64,000 nucleotides of DNA from Sphingomonas sp. (GTDB lineage Bacteria > Pseudomonadota > Alphaproteobacteria > Sphingomonadales > Sphingomonadaceae). The stretch covers positions 48,909-112,908 of the forward strand of contig NZ_JBELMJ010000002.1 of NCBI RefSeq assembly GCF_042095875.1, read 5' to 3'. Below, piece after piece: positions 35,381-45,467 of this stretch (position 1 is the stretch's first letter; every line of letters starts with the position of its first letter). The translations under genes and the position numbers were made by a program. Under the pieces are notes generated by a model, which was not told the origin of the DNA, ran no database searches, and was given only the letters and a program-made list of their open reading frames with translations.

Positions 35381-37471
35381 ATGAAGCTGCTCGCCAACGC
35401 GCGCCAGGCAGCACTGCCCGCCGCGATCCTGCTGCTCGTCGTGCTGATGGTGGTGCCGATCCCGGCCGCCATGCTCGACGTGTTCTTCATCATGAACATC
35501 ACGATCAGCCTCGCGGTGCTGATGGTGGCGCTGAACGCGGAGAAGCCGCTCGATTTCTCCGCCTTCCCGACCGTGCTGCTGTTCGCGACGCTGTTCCGGC
35601 TCGGGCTGAACGTCGCCTCGACCCGCGTCGTGCTGGTCCACGGTCACGAGGGCGAGTCGGCCGCGGGGCACGTAATCGAGGCGTTCGGCACCTTCGTGAT
35701 CGGCGGCGACTACGTCGTCGGGCTGTTCGTGTTCGCGATCATCGTCATCATCAACTTGATCGTCGTGACCAAGGGCGCGGGGCGTGTGTCCGAGGTGTCG
35801 GCGCGCTTCACGCTCGACGCGTTGCCGGGCAAGCAGATGGCGATCGACGCCGACCTGAACGCCGGGCTCATTACGCCAGACGAGGCGAAGAAGCGCCGCA
35901 TCGACGTCGCGACCGAGGCCGAATTCTACGGATCGATGGATGGTTCGTCGAAGTTCGTGAAGGGCGACGCGGTCGCCGGACTGCTGATCCTCGCCGCCAA
36001 CGTGATCGGCGGGCTGATCCTGGGTCCGGTAAGCCACGGCCTCGGCATCGCCAAAGCGGCGCAGACCTACACCATGCTCGCGATCGGCGACGCGCTGGTC
36101 GCGCAGGTGCCGGCATTGCTCTTGTCGATCGCCGCCGCGTCGATCGTGACCCGCGTCAAGTCGGAGAAGGACCTGGCGGGACAGATCGGCAGCCAGTTCG
36201 GCTCGGCGCGCACTTGGACGCCGGTCGCCGCGATCCTGACGCTGCTCGGCGTGCTGCCGGGCATGCCGCACCTCGTCATCCTGCCGATCGCCGCGATCGC
36301 CGGGTTCGCCGCGTGGAAGCTCAACCAGATCGCGAAGCGCCCCGCCCCCGCCGAGCCCGTGGCCGTAGCCGAGGCGCCCGACCTGTCGAAAATCGGCTGG
36401 GACGAGGTGACCGAGGGCATGATGGTCAACCTCGACATCGGCTACGGGCTGGTGCCGCTGGTCGACGAGCGCCGCGGTGCGCCGCTGATGGCGCGGATTA
36501 CCGGGGTGCGCCGGCAATTGTCGAAGGAGCTGGGCTTCGTCGTCCCGCAGGTGCGCGTGCGCGACGACATCAACCTCGCGCCCTATACCTATCGCCTGAT
36601 GCTGGGCGGCGTGTGCGTCGGCGAGGATCAGGTCTCGCCCGACGAGATGCTGGCGCTCGACACCGGACAGGGTTTCGGCGAACTGCTCGGCAAGAAGGCG
36701 AAGGATCCGACCTTCGGCCTGGAGGCGACCTGGATCGCGCCGGGCGACACGGACGCCGCGACCGGTCAGGGTTACCTGGTGGTCGACGCCGGCACCGTGA
36801 TCGCGACGCATCTCAACCACGCGCTCGGCGCCCATGCGTCGGACCTGCTCGGCGCCGACGAGGTGCAGGCGCTGCTCGATGGCCTCAAGGAACGCTCGCC
36901 GCAGCTGGTCGCGTCGCTGTGCCCGCAGCCGCTGCCGCTCACCACGCTGACCGCGGTGCTCCGCGCGCTGCTGGCCGAGGGCATCCCGCTCAAGGAATTC
37001 CGCCGCATCGCCGCCGCGATCTCGGCCTCGGCGCAGCACAGCGCCAGCGCGGAGGAGATCGTCGAGCTGGCGCGGCCGCTGCTGGGCGGGCTCATCATCC
37101 AGAAGCTGGCGGGCGTGCGCGAGCCGCTGCGCGTCATGACGCTGGAGGGCGGGCTGGAGCAATTGCTCGGCCAGGCGATGCGCGCCGACCCGTCGCGCCG
37201 CCACGTCATCGAGCCCGACCTCGGCCGCCGCATCGTCGACGCGCTGCAGGCCGCCGCCCAGCCGATGATCGCCGAGGCCAAGCCCTTCGCGCTCGTCGTC
37301 CAGCCCGCGATCCGCGTGGCTGTCCGCAAACTCGTTCGAACCGTTCTGCCGGATACCCCTGTCATGAGCTTCTTCGAAGTACCCGAGGACAAGGCCGTCG
37401 AGGTCGTCGCCGTGATCGGCGGCGCAGGCCAGCCCGCGCACGTCGCGCACCAGCAGGCGCTGGCAGCATGA
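35381..37471 (+). CDS. flhA: Flagellar type III export gate protein FlhA
   Basis: 696 aa with FVIGGDYVVGLFVFAIIVIINLIVVTKGAGRVSEVSARFTLDALPGKQMAIDADL. Confidence 0.97.
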   Translation: MKLLANARQAALPAAILLLVVLMVVPIPAAMLDVFFIMNITISLAVLMVALNAEKPLDFSAFPTVLLFATLFRLGLNVASTRVVLVHGHEGESAAGHVIEAFGTFVIGGDYVVGLFVFAIIVIINLIVVTKGAGRVSEVSARFTLDALPGKQMAIDADLNAGLITPDEAKKRRIDVATEAEFYGSMDGSSKFVKGDAVAGLLILAANVIGGLILGPVSHGLGIAKAAQTYTMLAIGDALVAQVPALLLSIAAASIVTRVKSEKDLAGQIGSQFGSARTWTPVAAILTLLGVLPGMPHLVILPIAAIAGFAAWKLNQIAKRPAPAEPVAVAEAPDLSKIGWDEVTEGMMVNLDIGYGLVPLVDERRGAPLMARITGVRRQLSKELGFVVPQVRVRDDINLAPYTYRLMLGGVCVGEDQVSPDEMLALDTGQGFGELLGKKAKDPTFGLEATWIAPGDTDAATGQGYLVVDAGTVIATHLNHALGAHASDLLGADEVQALLDGLKERSPQLVASLCPQPLPLTTLTAVLRALLAEGIPLKEFRRIAAAISASAQHSASAEEIVELARPLLGGLIIQKLAGVREPLRVMTLEGGLEQLLGQAMRADPSRRHVIEPDLGRRIVDALQAAAQPMIAEAKPFALVVQPAIRVAVRKLVRTVLPDTPVMSFFEVPEDKAVEVVAVIGGAGQPAHVAHQQALAA

Positions 37472-38244
37472 GCGCCGAGCCGATGCGCGGCACGTTCGCC
37501 GACGCGCAGCCCGTGGCGAGTCCTTCCCTCACCGGCGCGCCGCTCACTTATAGTCCGCGCGTACGCGCGCGAAACGACGCGGCGCTGGTGCAGGCGCACC
37601 TGCCGCTCGTCCGCCGGATCGCGTGGCACGTCCACGGCTCGGTCTCGACCGCGGTCGAGGTCGAGGACCTGATCCAGGTCGGGCTGGTCGCGCTGGTTGA
37701 GGCGGCGGCGGCGTTCGAGGACCGCGGGCAGGTGACGTTCAAGCAGTACCTGACCACCCGCCTGCGCGGCAGCATGATCGACGAGCTGCGCCGACACGCC
37801 GCGATGACGCGCGGCGCGATCCGCCGCCGCCGCGAGTTCGCGCGCGCGACCAGCGCGCTGTCGGGCGAGCTCGGCCGCGCGCCGGTCGAGCGTGAGCTGG
37901 CCGATCGGCTGGGCGTGTCGGTCGAGAAGCTGCGCGGCGATTATGCCAGCGCCGACGCGGTCAAGTACGAGTCGATCGACGAGGTCTACGCCGACGACCA
38001 GCCGTGGTTCGCGAGCGACGAGCCCGACGCCTTCACGCAACTGGCCGAGGCCGAGCAGCGCGATTGCCTGATCGCCGCGATCGCGAGCCTGCCCGAGCGC
38101 GAGCAGCTGGTGATCCAGCTCTACCACGTCGAAGAGCTGAACCTGGACGAGATCGGCCAGGTGCTGGGCGTCGGCGCGGCGCGGGTTTGCCAGATCAAGG
38201 CGGCGGCGCACGCCAGGCTGAAGAAGGCGATGCTGCGCCGCTGA
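37468..38244 (+). CDS. fliA: Flagellar sigma factor FliA (sigma28)
   Basis: Region 2 is LIQVGLVALVEAAAAFEDRG...FKQYLTTRLRGSMIDELR. Region 4 is LPEREQLVIQLYHVEELNLDEIGQVLGVGAARVCQIKAAA. ATGA overlap with flhA. Confidence 0.9.
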   Translation: MSAEPMRGTFADAQPVASPSLTGAPLTYSPRVRARNDAALVQAHLPLVRRIAWHVHGSVSTAVEVEDLIQVGLVALVEAAAAFEDRGQVTFKQYLTTRLRGSMIDELRRHAAMTRGAIRRRREFARATSALSGELGRAPVERELADRLGVSVEKLRGDYASADAVKYESIDEVYADDQPWFASDEPDAFTQLAEAEQRDCLIAAIASLPEREQLVIQLYHVEELNLDEIGQVLGVGAARVCQIKAAAHARLKKAMLRR

Positions 38245-38272
38245 TATCAACTGCCGACAGCCTCTCTCCCCT

Positions 38273-38311
38273 GCCCCGCTCGCGCCACCCGCGCCGGCGG
38301 GGTTTCTTTTG
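38273..38311 (+). terminator. Candidate intrinsic terminator after fliA
   Basis: CCCCGC...GCGGGG stem followed by TTTCTTTT. Confidence 0.45.
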
Positions 38312-38347
38312 CGCCCGCGAAGCGTTGGCGGCGGTGAAGGAGAGCGA

Positions 38348-38521
38348 TGATGACCGACCAGCGTAAGCCCGAGCCCGAACTGCCGATCGGCGACGTGGAC
38401 GCGAGCGGCGTGCCGCTCGGCCACGAGGCGGAGCGTCGCCCGGCCGAGGACGACACGGCCGCGCACGACGACGGCACCGACGCGAATACCGACGACCTAA
38501 CCGTGCAGGGCGGCGAGTAGC
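38348..38521 (+). CDS. Unannotated small acidic protein (57 aa), hypothetical
   Basis: It is below the 60-aa cut-off of the ORF track. The protein reads MMTDQRKPEPELPIGDVDASGVPLGHEAERRPAEDDTAAHDDGTDANTDDLTVQGGE. Nearly every codon ends in G/C, and the RBS GAAGGAG lies 4-7 nt upstream. Confidence 0.4.
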
Positions 38522-38698
38522 CAAGGTCCTGCGCGTGCCAAGCAGGTGCGGAGGCGCGGAAGGTCACGCTAAGGTCACGCCAACGCGTACGCGCGCGCTC
38601 GCGAGTCTATATACATGGTGCTGTTAAAGCGCCGCGCCGTGCCTGCCATCGCCCCCGGCATGTAGGACAGCGCGAAACCGCGCGGGCGGCGGACGAGC

Positions 38699-38734
38699 GA
38701 AAGCCCCGGCAGTCGGGTGACCGCCGGGGCTTCG
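38699..38734 (-). terminator. Rho-independent terminator of flagellin gene 1
   Basis: On the minus strand: GCCCCGGC-ggtcacccgact-GCCGGGGC followed by TTTCGCTCG. Confidence 0.6.
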
Positions 38735-38757
38735 TTCTCGCCGAGAATTGTTCGGGC

Positions 38758-39654
38758 TTAGCCGAGCAGCTTGAGCACGCCCTGCGCCGACTGGTTCGCC
38801 TGGCTGAGCATCGCGGTCGACGCCTGGCTGAGGATCTGCGCCTTGGCGAGCGACGTCGTCTCGGTCGAGAAGTCCGCGTCCTCGATCCGGCTGCGCGCGT
38901 CCGACAGGTTGGTCGCGTTCGAGGTCATGTTGTTGACCGCCGATTCGAGCCGGTTCTGTGCGGCGCCGAGGCCGGCGCGGGTGGTGGAAATCTGCTTCAG
39001 CGCGTCGTCGAAAGCTTGAAGTGTCGGCACGGCCGGCGGCGTGGTTGTTCCGTTCGCAGTAACGGGAACCGAGCTGCCGGTCATGCCGCCGTTCGCCGCA
39101 GTGAAATCGACGATGTCGGCGAGCTTGCTCTTGGTGTTGTCCGAGCTGTCGAGATCGGCGACCGAGATCTGCAACGTGTCGTTGGCGTTCGCGCCGGTCT
39201 GAATGTCGAACGTCTTCGCTGCGCCATCGGTCGCACCGCCGGTGAACAGCGTCTTGCCGTTAAATTGCGTGTTCTTGACCACCGAGTAGATCTGGTTGGC
39301 GAGCGCGTCCTGCTCCTTGTAGATGTTCTGCTTGTCGTCGTCCGAATAGGTGCCGTTCTGCGACTGCACGGTCAGCTCGCGCATGCGCTGGAGCATGTTG
39401 GTGACCTCGTCGAGCGCGCCCTCGGCGGTCTGCGCCAGGCTGATGCCGTCGTTGGCGTTGCGAACGCCCTGGTTCATGCCCTTGATCTGCGCGGTCATCG
39501 AGCTGGCGATGGCGAGGCCGGCGGCGTCATCCTTGGCCGAGTTGATGCGCTTGCCGGTCGACAGGCGCTCCATCGACGTGGCGAGCGACTTGCTCGCCAT
39601 CGTCGAGGCGTTGGCGGCGCGGAGCGAGGAAATGTTGCTGTTGATCACGGTCAT
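38758..39654 (-). CDS. fliC: Flagellin (paralogue 1, 298 aa)
   Basis: [49 protein letters not shown] at the N-terminus and [30 protein letters not shown] at the C-terminus. I chose the ATG at 39654. Confidence 0.95.
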   Translation of the reverse strand: MTVINSNISSLRAANASTMASKSLATSMERLSTGKRINSAKDDAAGLAIASSMTAQIKGMNQGVRNANDGISLAQTAEGALDEVTNMLQRMRELTVQSQNGTYSDDDKQNIYKEQDALANQIYSVVKNTQFNGKTLFTGGATDGAAKTFDIQTGANANDTLQISVADLDSSDNTKSKLADIVDFTAANGGMTGSSVPVTANGTTTPPAVPTLQAFDDALKQISTTRAGLGAAQNRLESAVNNMTSNATNLSDARSRIEDADFSTETTSLAKAQILSQASTAMLSQANQSAQGVLKLLG

Positions 39655-39716
39655 GGCAGGGTCTCCATCATCGGCACCGCTGCTGCCCCCACGGCGCGCA
39701 CGATGCGTTCGCACCA

Positions 39717-39744
39717 TCAAACGACCGGTCGGCGCGTCCTTTAA
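39717..39744 (-). promoter_or_regulatory. Sigma28-type promoter of flagellin 1
   Basis: The minus strand reads TTAA-N15-GTCGTTTGA, 62 nt upstream of the ATG. Confidence 0.65.
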
Positions 39745-39785
39745 GGACTTTTCGCGCGATCGATGCTCTGTTTGCCGAAAACGAG

Positions 39786-39814
39786 AAAGGCTCCGGCGCA
39801 GTGCCGGAGCCTTT
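39786..39814 (-). terminator. Rho-independent terminator of flagellin gene 2
   Basis: On the minus strand: GGCTCCGGC-actgc-GCCGGAGCC followed by TTTCTCGTTTTCGG. Confidence 0.7.
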
Positions 39815-39876
39815 CGTATCGCGCGAGGCGTGACGCCCGAGTGGGGGCGACGCCGCGCCCCGCCTAGCCGACGGGA

Positions 39877-40749
39877 TCAGCCCAGCAGCTTGAGCACGCC
39901 CTGCGCCGACTGGTTGGCCTGGCTGAGCATCGCGGTCGACGCCTGGCTGAGGATCTGCGCCTTGGCGAGCGCGGTCGTCTCGGTCGAGAAGTCCGCGTCC
40001 TCGATCCGGCTGCGCGCGTCGGACAGGTTGGTGGCGTTGTTGGTCATGTTGTTGACCGCCGACTCGAGCCGGTTCTGCGATGCGCCCAAGGAAGCGCGCT
40101 GCGTCGCCACCGCTGACAATGCACCGTCATAATCTTCGAGCGTCGCGGCGGCGCGCAGCGACGCATCGGTCGTGACCGCACCATTCGCGTCGCGCACCGC
40201 GAACGTCACGACTTGCGAAATCGACTTGGTGTTGGCGACATAGCCGGTGGCCATGTTCGAGAAGCTGAGCGACACGGTGTCGCTGGTATTGGCGCCCGTC
40301 TGGATCGAAACCACACCGGCCGTGCCGGCAGTGCCGTCGAACAGGTTCTTGCCGTTGAACGTGGTGGTCTTGATCACCGAATCGATCTGCTTGGCGAGCG
40401 CGGTCTGCTCGGTGGTGATGTTGGTCTTGTCGGTGTCCGAATAGGTGCCGTTCTTCGACTGGACCTGCAGCTCGCGCATGCGCTGGAGCATGTTGCTGAC
40501 CTCGTCGAGCGCGCCTTCGGCGGTCTGCGCCATCGAGATGCCGTCGTTGGCGTTCCGAATGCCCTGGTTCATGCCCTTGATCTGCGCGGTCATGCTGGAC
40601 GCGATCGCGAGGCCGGCGGCATCGTCCTTCGCCGAGTTGATGCGCTTGCCGGTCGACAGGCGCTCCATCGAGGTCGACAGCATGTCCTGTGCCTTGATCC
40701 CCGCGTTCGAGGCGCGCAGCGATGAGATGTTGCTTCCGATAACGGTCAT
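39877..40749 (-). CDS. fliC: Flagellin (paralogue 2, 290 aa)
   Basis: [49 protein letters not shown], and a C-terminus identical in type to paralogue 1. Confidence 0.95.
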   Translation of the reverse strand: MTVIGSNISSLRASNAGIKAQDMLSTSMERLSTGKRINSAKDDAAGLAIASSMTAQIKGMNQGIRNANDGISMAQTAEGALDEVSNMLQRMRELQVQSKNGTYSDTDKTNITTEQTALAKQIDSVIKTTTFNGKNLFDGTAGTAGVVSIQTGANTSDTVSLSFSNMATGYVANTKSISQVVTFAVRDANGAVTTDASLRAAATLEDYDGALSAVATQRASLGASQNRLESAVNNMTNNATNLSDARSRIEDADFSTETTALAKAQILSQASTAMLSQANQSAQGVLKLLG

Positions 40750-40812
40750 GGGTGCTCCGATAAGCCAGGCTCCGACCGCCGCCCCCGTGGCGAAGGAGAA
40801 GGTGCCGCCCTT

Positions 40813-40840
40813 CCAAACGACCGGCGCGGCCCACGATTAA
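40813..40840 (-). promoter_or_regulatory. Sigma28-type promoter of flagellin 2
   Basis: The minus strand reads TTAA-N15-GTCGTTTGG, 63 nt upstream of the ATG. Confidence 0.6.
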
Positions 40841-40881
40841 GTCGAAAATCTGCCATGCCCGCCCCTGTGCGCCCGAACGCA

Positions 40882-40914
40882 ACGAACCCCGATGGCCTCG
40901 CCATCGGGGTTCGT
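40882..40914 (-). terminator. Hairpin terminator of flagellin gene 3
   Basis: 15-bp stem ACGAACCCCGATGGC/GCCATCGGGGTTCGT with a 3-nt loop. The T-tail is weak (TGCGTTCGG). Confidence 0.5.
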
Positions 40915-40983
40915 CGTGTGGCGCCTGGCGCCGCGGGATCGGAGCCGACACCCGAGCGGGGGACGGCGCCGGCTCCGAGCAGG

Positions 40984-41802
40984 TCAGCCGAGCAGCTTCA
41001 GCACGCTCTGCGTCGACTGGTTCGCCTGGCTGAGCATCGCGGTCGACGCCTGGCTGAGGATCTGCGCCTTGGCGAGTGCGGTCGTCTCGCTCGAGAAGTC
41101 GGTGTCCTCGATTCGGCTGCGCGCGTCGGACAGGTTGGTCATGTTCGAGGTCGTGTTGTTGACCGCCGATTCGAGCCGGTTCTGCGTCGCACCCAGGCTC
41201 GCCCGCGCCGTCGACACTGCCTTCAGCGCATTGTCGTAGATCGTCAACGAACCGCTTGTCGTGTCGCTAGCGAACGTCAGGGCAGTCACCGCCGCCACGT
41301 CGCCGGTACCCAGGTTGGCCGACTGCAACGTAATGGTGTCGGTGCTGTTCGCGCCGGTTTGGATGGTGAAGCCAGTCGCGGCACCCGCATCGAACAGCTT
41401 CTTGCTGTTGAACTCGGTGTTGGTCACCACCGCGGAGATCTGATCCTTCAGCGCCTTCTGCTCGGCACGGATGTTGGTCTTGTCGCTATCGGCGTAGGTG
41501 CCGTTCAGCGACTGGACGCTCAGCTCGCGCATGCGCTGGAGCATGTTGCTGACCTCGTCGAGCGCGCCCTCGGCGGTCTGCGCCATCGAGATGCCGTCGT
41601 TGGCGTTGCGGATGCCCTGGCTCATGCCCTTGATCTGCGCGGTCATCGACGAGCTGATCGCGAGGCCGGCGGCGTCGTCCTTCGCCGAGTTGATGCGCTT
41701 GCCGGTCGACAGGCGCTCCATCGAGGTCGCGAGCGACTTGCTCGCCATCGTCGACGCGTTGGTGGCGCGCAGCGCCGAGGTGTTGGATGCGATAACGGTC
41801 AC
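40984..41802 (-). CDS. fliC: Flagellin (paralogue 3, 272 aa, GTG start)
   Basis: (V/M)[56 protein letters not shown] precedes the GTG at 41802. The C-terminus is [16 protein letters not shown]. Confidence 0.93.
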   Translation of the reverse strand: MTVIASNTSALRATNASTMASKSLATSMERLSTGKRINSAKDDAAGLAISSSMTAQIKGMSQGIRNANDGISMAQTAEGALDEVSNMLQRMRELSVQSLNGTYADSDKTNIRAEQKALKDQISAVVTNTEFNSKKLFDAGAATGFTIQTGANSTDTITLQSANLGTGDVAAVTALTFASDTTSGSLTIYDNALKAVSTARASLGATQNRLESAVNNTTSNMTNLSDARSRIEDTDFSSETTALAKAQILSQASTAMLSQANQSTQSVLKLLG

Positions 41803-41873
41803 GTCTGTTCTCCTGTGCCCAACCCGTCCGCCGCCCCCCGTTCATCGAGGCAGGATGCCGAGCCGTCGAAGCA

Positions 41874-41901
41874 TCAAACGACCGCCCGGCGGCATGATTT
41901 A
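41874..41901 (-). promoter_or_regulatory. Sigma28-type promoter of flagellin 3
   Basis: The minus strand reads TAAA-N15-GTCGTTTGA, 71 nt upstream of the GTG start. Confidence 0.65.
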
Positions 41902-42107
41902 GCCGTTTGTTGCCGCCAGCCGGCAGCGTGGTGCCGCGGCCCTTGCCGCTGGCCGCCGCCTCGTGCGGGCACGCGTACACGGAAGGAAAACACCTCGCGC
42001 GCACCCACGCGAACGCGCCCGGAAAATATCTGCCGCCGCCCGGCAAGGATACGCGGCGTTAACCAATTGGGCGGCAAAAGAGGGCAGCAACACAGGGAAT
42101 CGATTTC

Positions 42108-43408
<1,301 letters not shown>

Positions 43409-43412
<4 letters not shown>

Positions 43413-43768
43413 GCGCGATCGGAGGCGTCGGCGGCGTCGACCGCGTGATGGCGCTGAGGGCGCAGATCCTGGAGCGCAACAGCGCGTTGCAGCGCGCGAA
43501 CACCGCCGCGGGGGCTGGGGCGCCCGAGAGCGCGACCGCCGCCGCGCCGACCAGCTTCGCCGACACGATGCAGAACGCGCTCGCGAAGGTGAACGACGGT
43601 CAGCAGCGCGCCAGCGCTTTGTCGGAGCAGTACGAGCGCGGCGAGACGATCGACATCGCCAAGGTGATGCTCGCCCGGCAAGAGGCATCGGTCGGTTTCG
43701 AGGCGACGATGCAGGTCCGCAACAAGATCCTGTCCGCGTACAAGGACATCATGAGCATGCCGGTCTGA
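43409..43768 (+). CDS. fliE: Flagellar hook-basal body complex protein FliE
   Basis: FADTMQNALAKVNDGQQRASALSEQYERGETIDIAKVMLARQEASVGFEATMQVRNKILSAYKDIMSMPV. ATGA overlap with the activator gene. Confidence 0.9.
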
Positions 43769-43769
43769 C

Positions 43770-45467
43770 ATGAGCAACGCACTCGCCCCCGCGAATAATC
43801 TCGTGCCCGAGAAGTTCGCCAACCCGCTGCGCCAGATCCAGGGCGCGCTGGCCCAGCCCGCGGTGCGCCGCGCGGGGCCTATGGCGCTGATGGTTGGGTT
43901 GATCGGCGCGGCCGGGCTCGCCTGGTCGGCGCTGTCCGCCGCGCCGCAGAAGACGCTGTTCGCAGGGCTCCCCGACGCCGACAAGGCGGCGGTGACGAGC
44001 GCGCTGACCGCCGCCAACATCCCGAGCCAGATCGACGACGGCGCGGGTACGCTGACCGTCAACGAGGAGGATTATTCCAAGGCGCGGCTGCTGCTCGCCG
44101 GGCAAGGCCTGCCCAAGGCGGCGCCGGGCGGCTACGCGATCCTCGACCAATTGCCGATGGGCGTTTCCCGCGCGGTCGAGGGCGAGCGGTTGCGCCAGGC
44201 GCGCGAGACCGAGATCGCGCGCTCGATCCAGGAGATCGACGCGGTCGCGGAGGCGCGCGTCCACCTGGCGGTGCCCGAATCGACCGTGTTCGTGCGCGAC
44301 AATGCCGCGCCGTCGGCGTCGGTGGTCATCAAGTTGCAGGCCGGACGCTCGCTGTCGGACGCGCAGGTGGCGTCGATCATCAATCTCGTCGCCTCGTCGG
44401 TGCCGGGGATGAAGCCCGACAGCGTCACCGTGGTCGATCAGCTCGGCGCGTTGTTGAGCAAGTCGGGCGACGGCGGCAGCGACAGCGGCGACGCACGGTT
44501 GCGCGTGCAGCGGCAGGTCGAGGACAAGGTACGCCAGCAGCTGAACGCGCTGCTGACGCCGCTGGTCGGCGCGGGCAATTTCACCGCCGAGGTGCAGGCC
44601 GACGTCAACATGGACGAGACCAGCGCCACGCGCGAGAGCTACGACAAGAACGGTATCCTGCGCGCCGAGACGGGCAATTGGACCGGCAACCAGGCGAACG
44701 CGCAGGCGCCGGGCGGTATACCCGGCGCGCTGAGCAACACGCCGCCGCCCGCCTCACAGCTGTCGACGCCGCAGCCCGCCACGGGCAACCCCGGCACGCC
44801 CGCGAGCGCACCGGTCGCGGGCGGCCCGGCGCCCGATGCCAACAAGCAGTCGGACTCGTTCCAGCGCGCCTATGACCTGGGCAAGGAAGTGTCGGTGACG
44901 CGCGCGGCACCCGGCAGCATCAAGCGCCTCTCTGTCGCGGTGCTGCTGCGCGACCCCGAGAAGGGTCGCCGCACCGCGATGGAGATCAACCAGATCGACA
45001 GTTTGGTGAAGTCCGCGGTCGGCTTCGACGGCAATCGGCAGGACCAGGTGACCGTCATTAGCCGCAAGTTCGCGGGCGCCGACGATGCGGCCAAGGACGG
45101 CCCGGCGTGGTACGACAACAATTGGCTGCCGGTGCTGGCGCGCAACCTGACCGCGATCGTCATCGCGCTGCTGGTCCTGCTGCTGGGCGTGCGGCCGATC
45201 GCCAAGGCGTTGATGAAGAAGCGCGAAGAGGCGACCCCTGCCCTGGCCGCGCCCGCCGGGGTCGACGCGGACGGCAATCCGCTGCCCGCGGTGGACGCCG
45301 ACGGCAACCCCGCGATCACGGTCGCGCCCCCGGTCAGCCTGGAGCAGATCGCGGCGAGCCGCAGCTACGACGAGAAGATCGGCGCGGTGCGCGGCTTCAC
45401 CCGCGATAATCCGGCGCGCGCGGCGCTGGCGGTGCGTGACATGATCATGGCGGACGCGAAATCGTGA
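43770..45467 (+). CDS. fliF: Flagellar MS-ring protein FliF
   Basis: 565 aa with LFAGLPDADKAAVTSALTAANIPSQI, ELARSIQ-like EIARSIQEIDAVAEARVHLAVPE, and a C-terminal FliG-binding tail. Confidence 0.93.
   Translation: MSNALAPANNLVPEKFANPLRQIQGALAQPAVRRAGPMALMVGLIGAAGLAWSALSAAPQKTLFAGLPDADKAAVTSALTAANIPSQIDDGAGTLTVNEEDYSKARLLLAGQGLPKAAPGGYAILDQLPMGVSRAVEGERLRQARETEIARSIQEIDAVAEARVHLAVPESTVFVRDNAAPSASVVIKLQAGRSLSDAQVASIINLVASSVPGMKPDSVTVVDQLGALLSKSGDGGSDSGDARLRVQRQVEDKVRQQLNALLTPLVGAGNFTAEVQADVNMDETSATRESYDKNGILRAETGNWTGNQANAQAPGGIPGALSNTPPPASQLSTPQPATGNPGTPASAPVAGGPAPDANKQSDSFQRAYDLGKEVSVTRAAPGSIKRLSVAVLLRDPEKGRRTAMEINQIDSLVKSAVGFDGNRQDQVTVISRKFAGADDAAKDGPAWYDNNWLPVLARNLTAIVIALLVLLLGVRPIAKALMKKREEATPALAAPAGVDADGNPLPAVDADGNPAITVAPPVSLEQIAASRSYDEKIGAVRGFTRDNPARAALAVRDMIMADAKS

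Noticed and set aside
34439-37450. 1003-aa ORF on the minus strand, the longest in the track
   Set aside because: It lies exactly antisense to flhA, whose product is unmistakable. Its translation is Arg/Ala/Gly/Asp-rich with no recognisable motifs, which is typical of stop-poor antisense frames in high-GC DNA.
35254-38244. 996-aa plus-strand ORF
   Set aside because: Only its last 258 codons (37468-38244) are real (fliA). The upstream part is an alternative frame running through flhA, with Arg/Pro/Gly-rich nonsense.
38616-38666. 16-codon mini-ORF MVLLKRRAVPAIAPGM
   Set aside because: It is too short, has no RBS, and there is no way to support it from the sequence alone.
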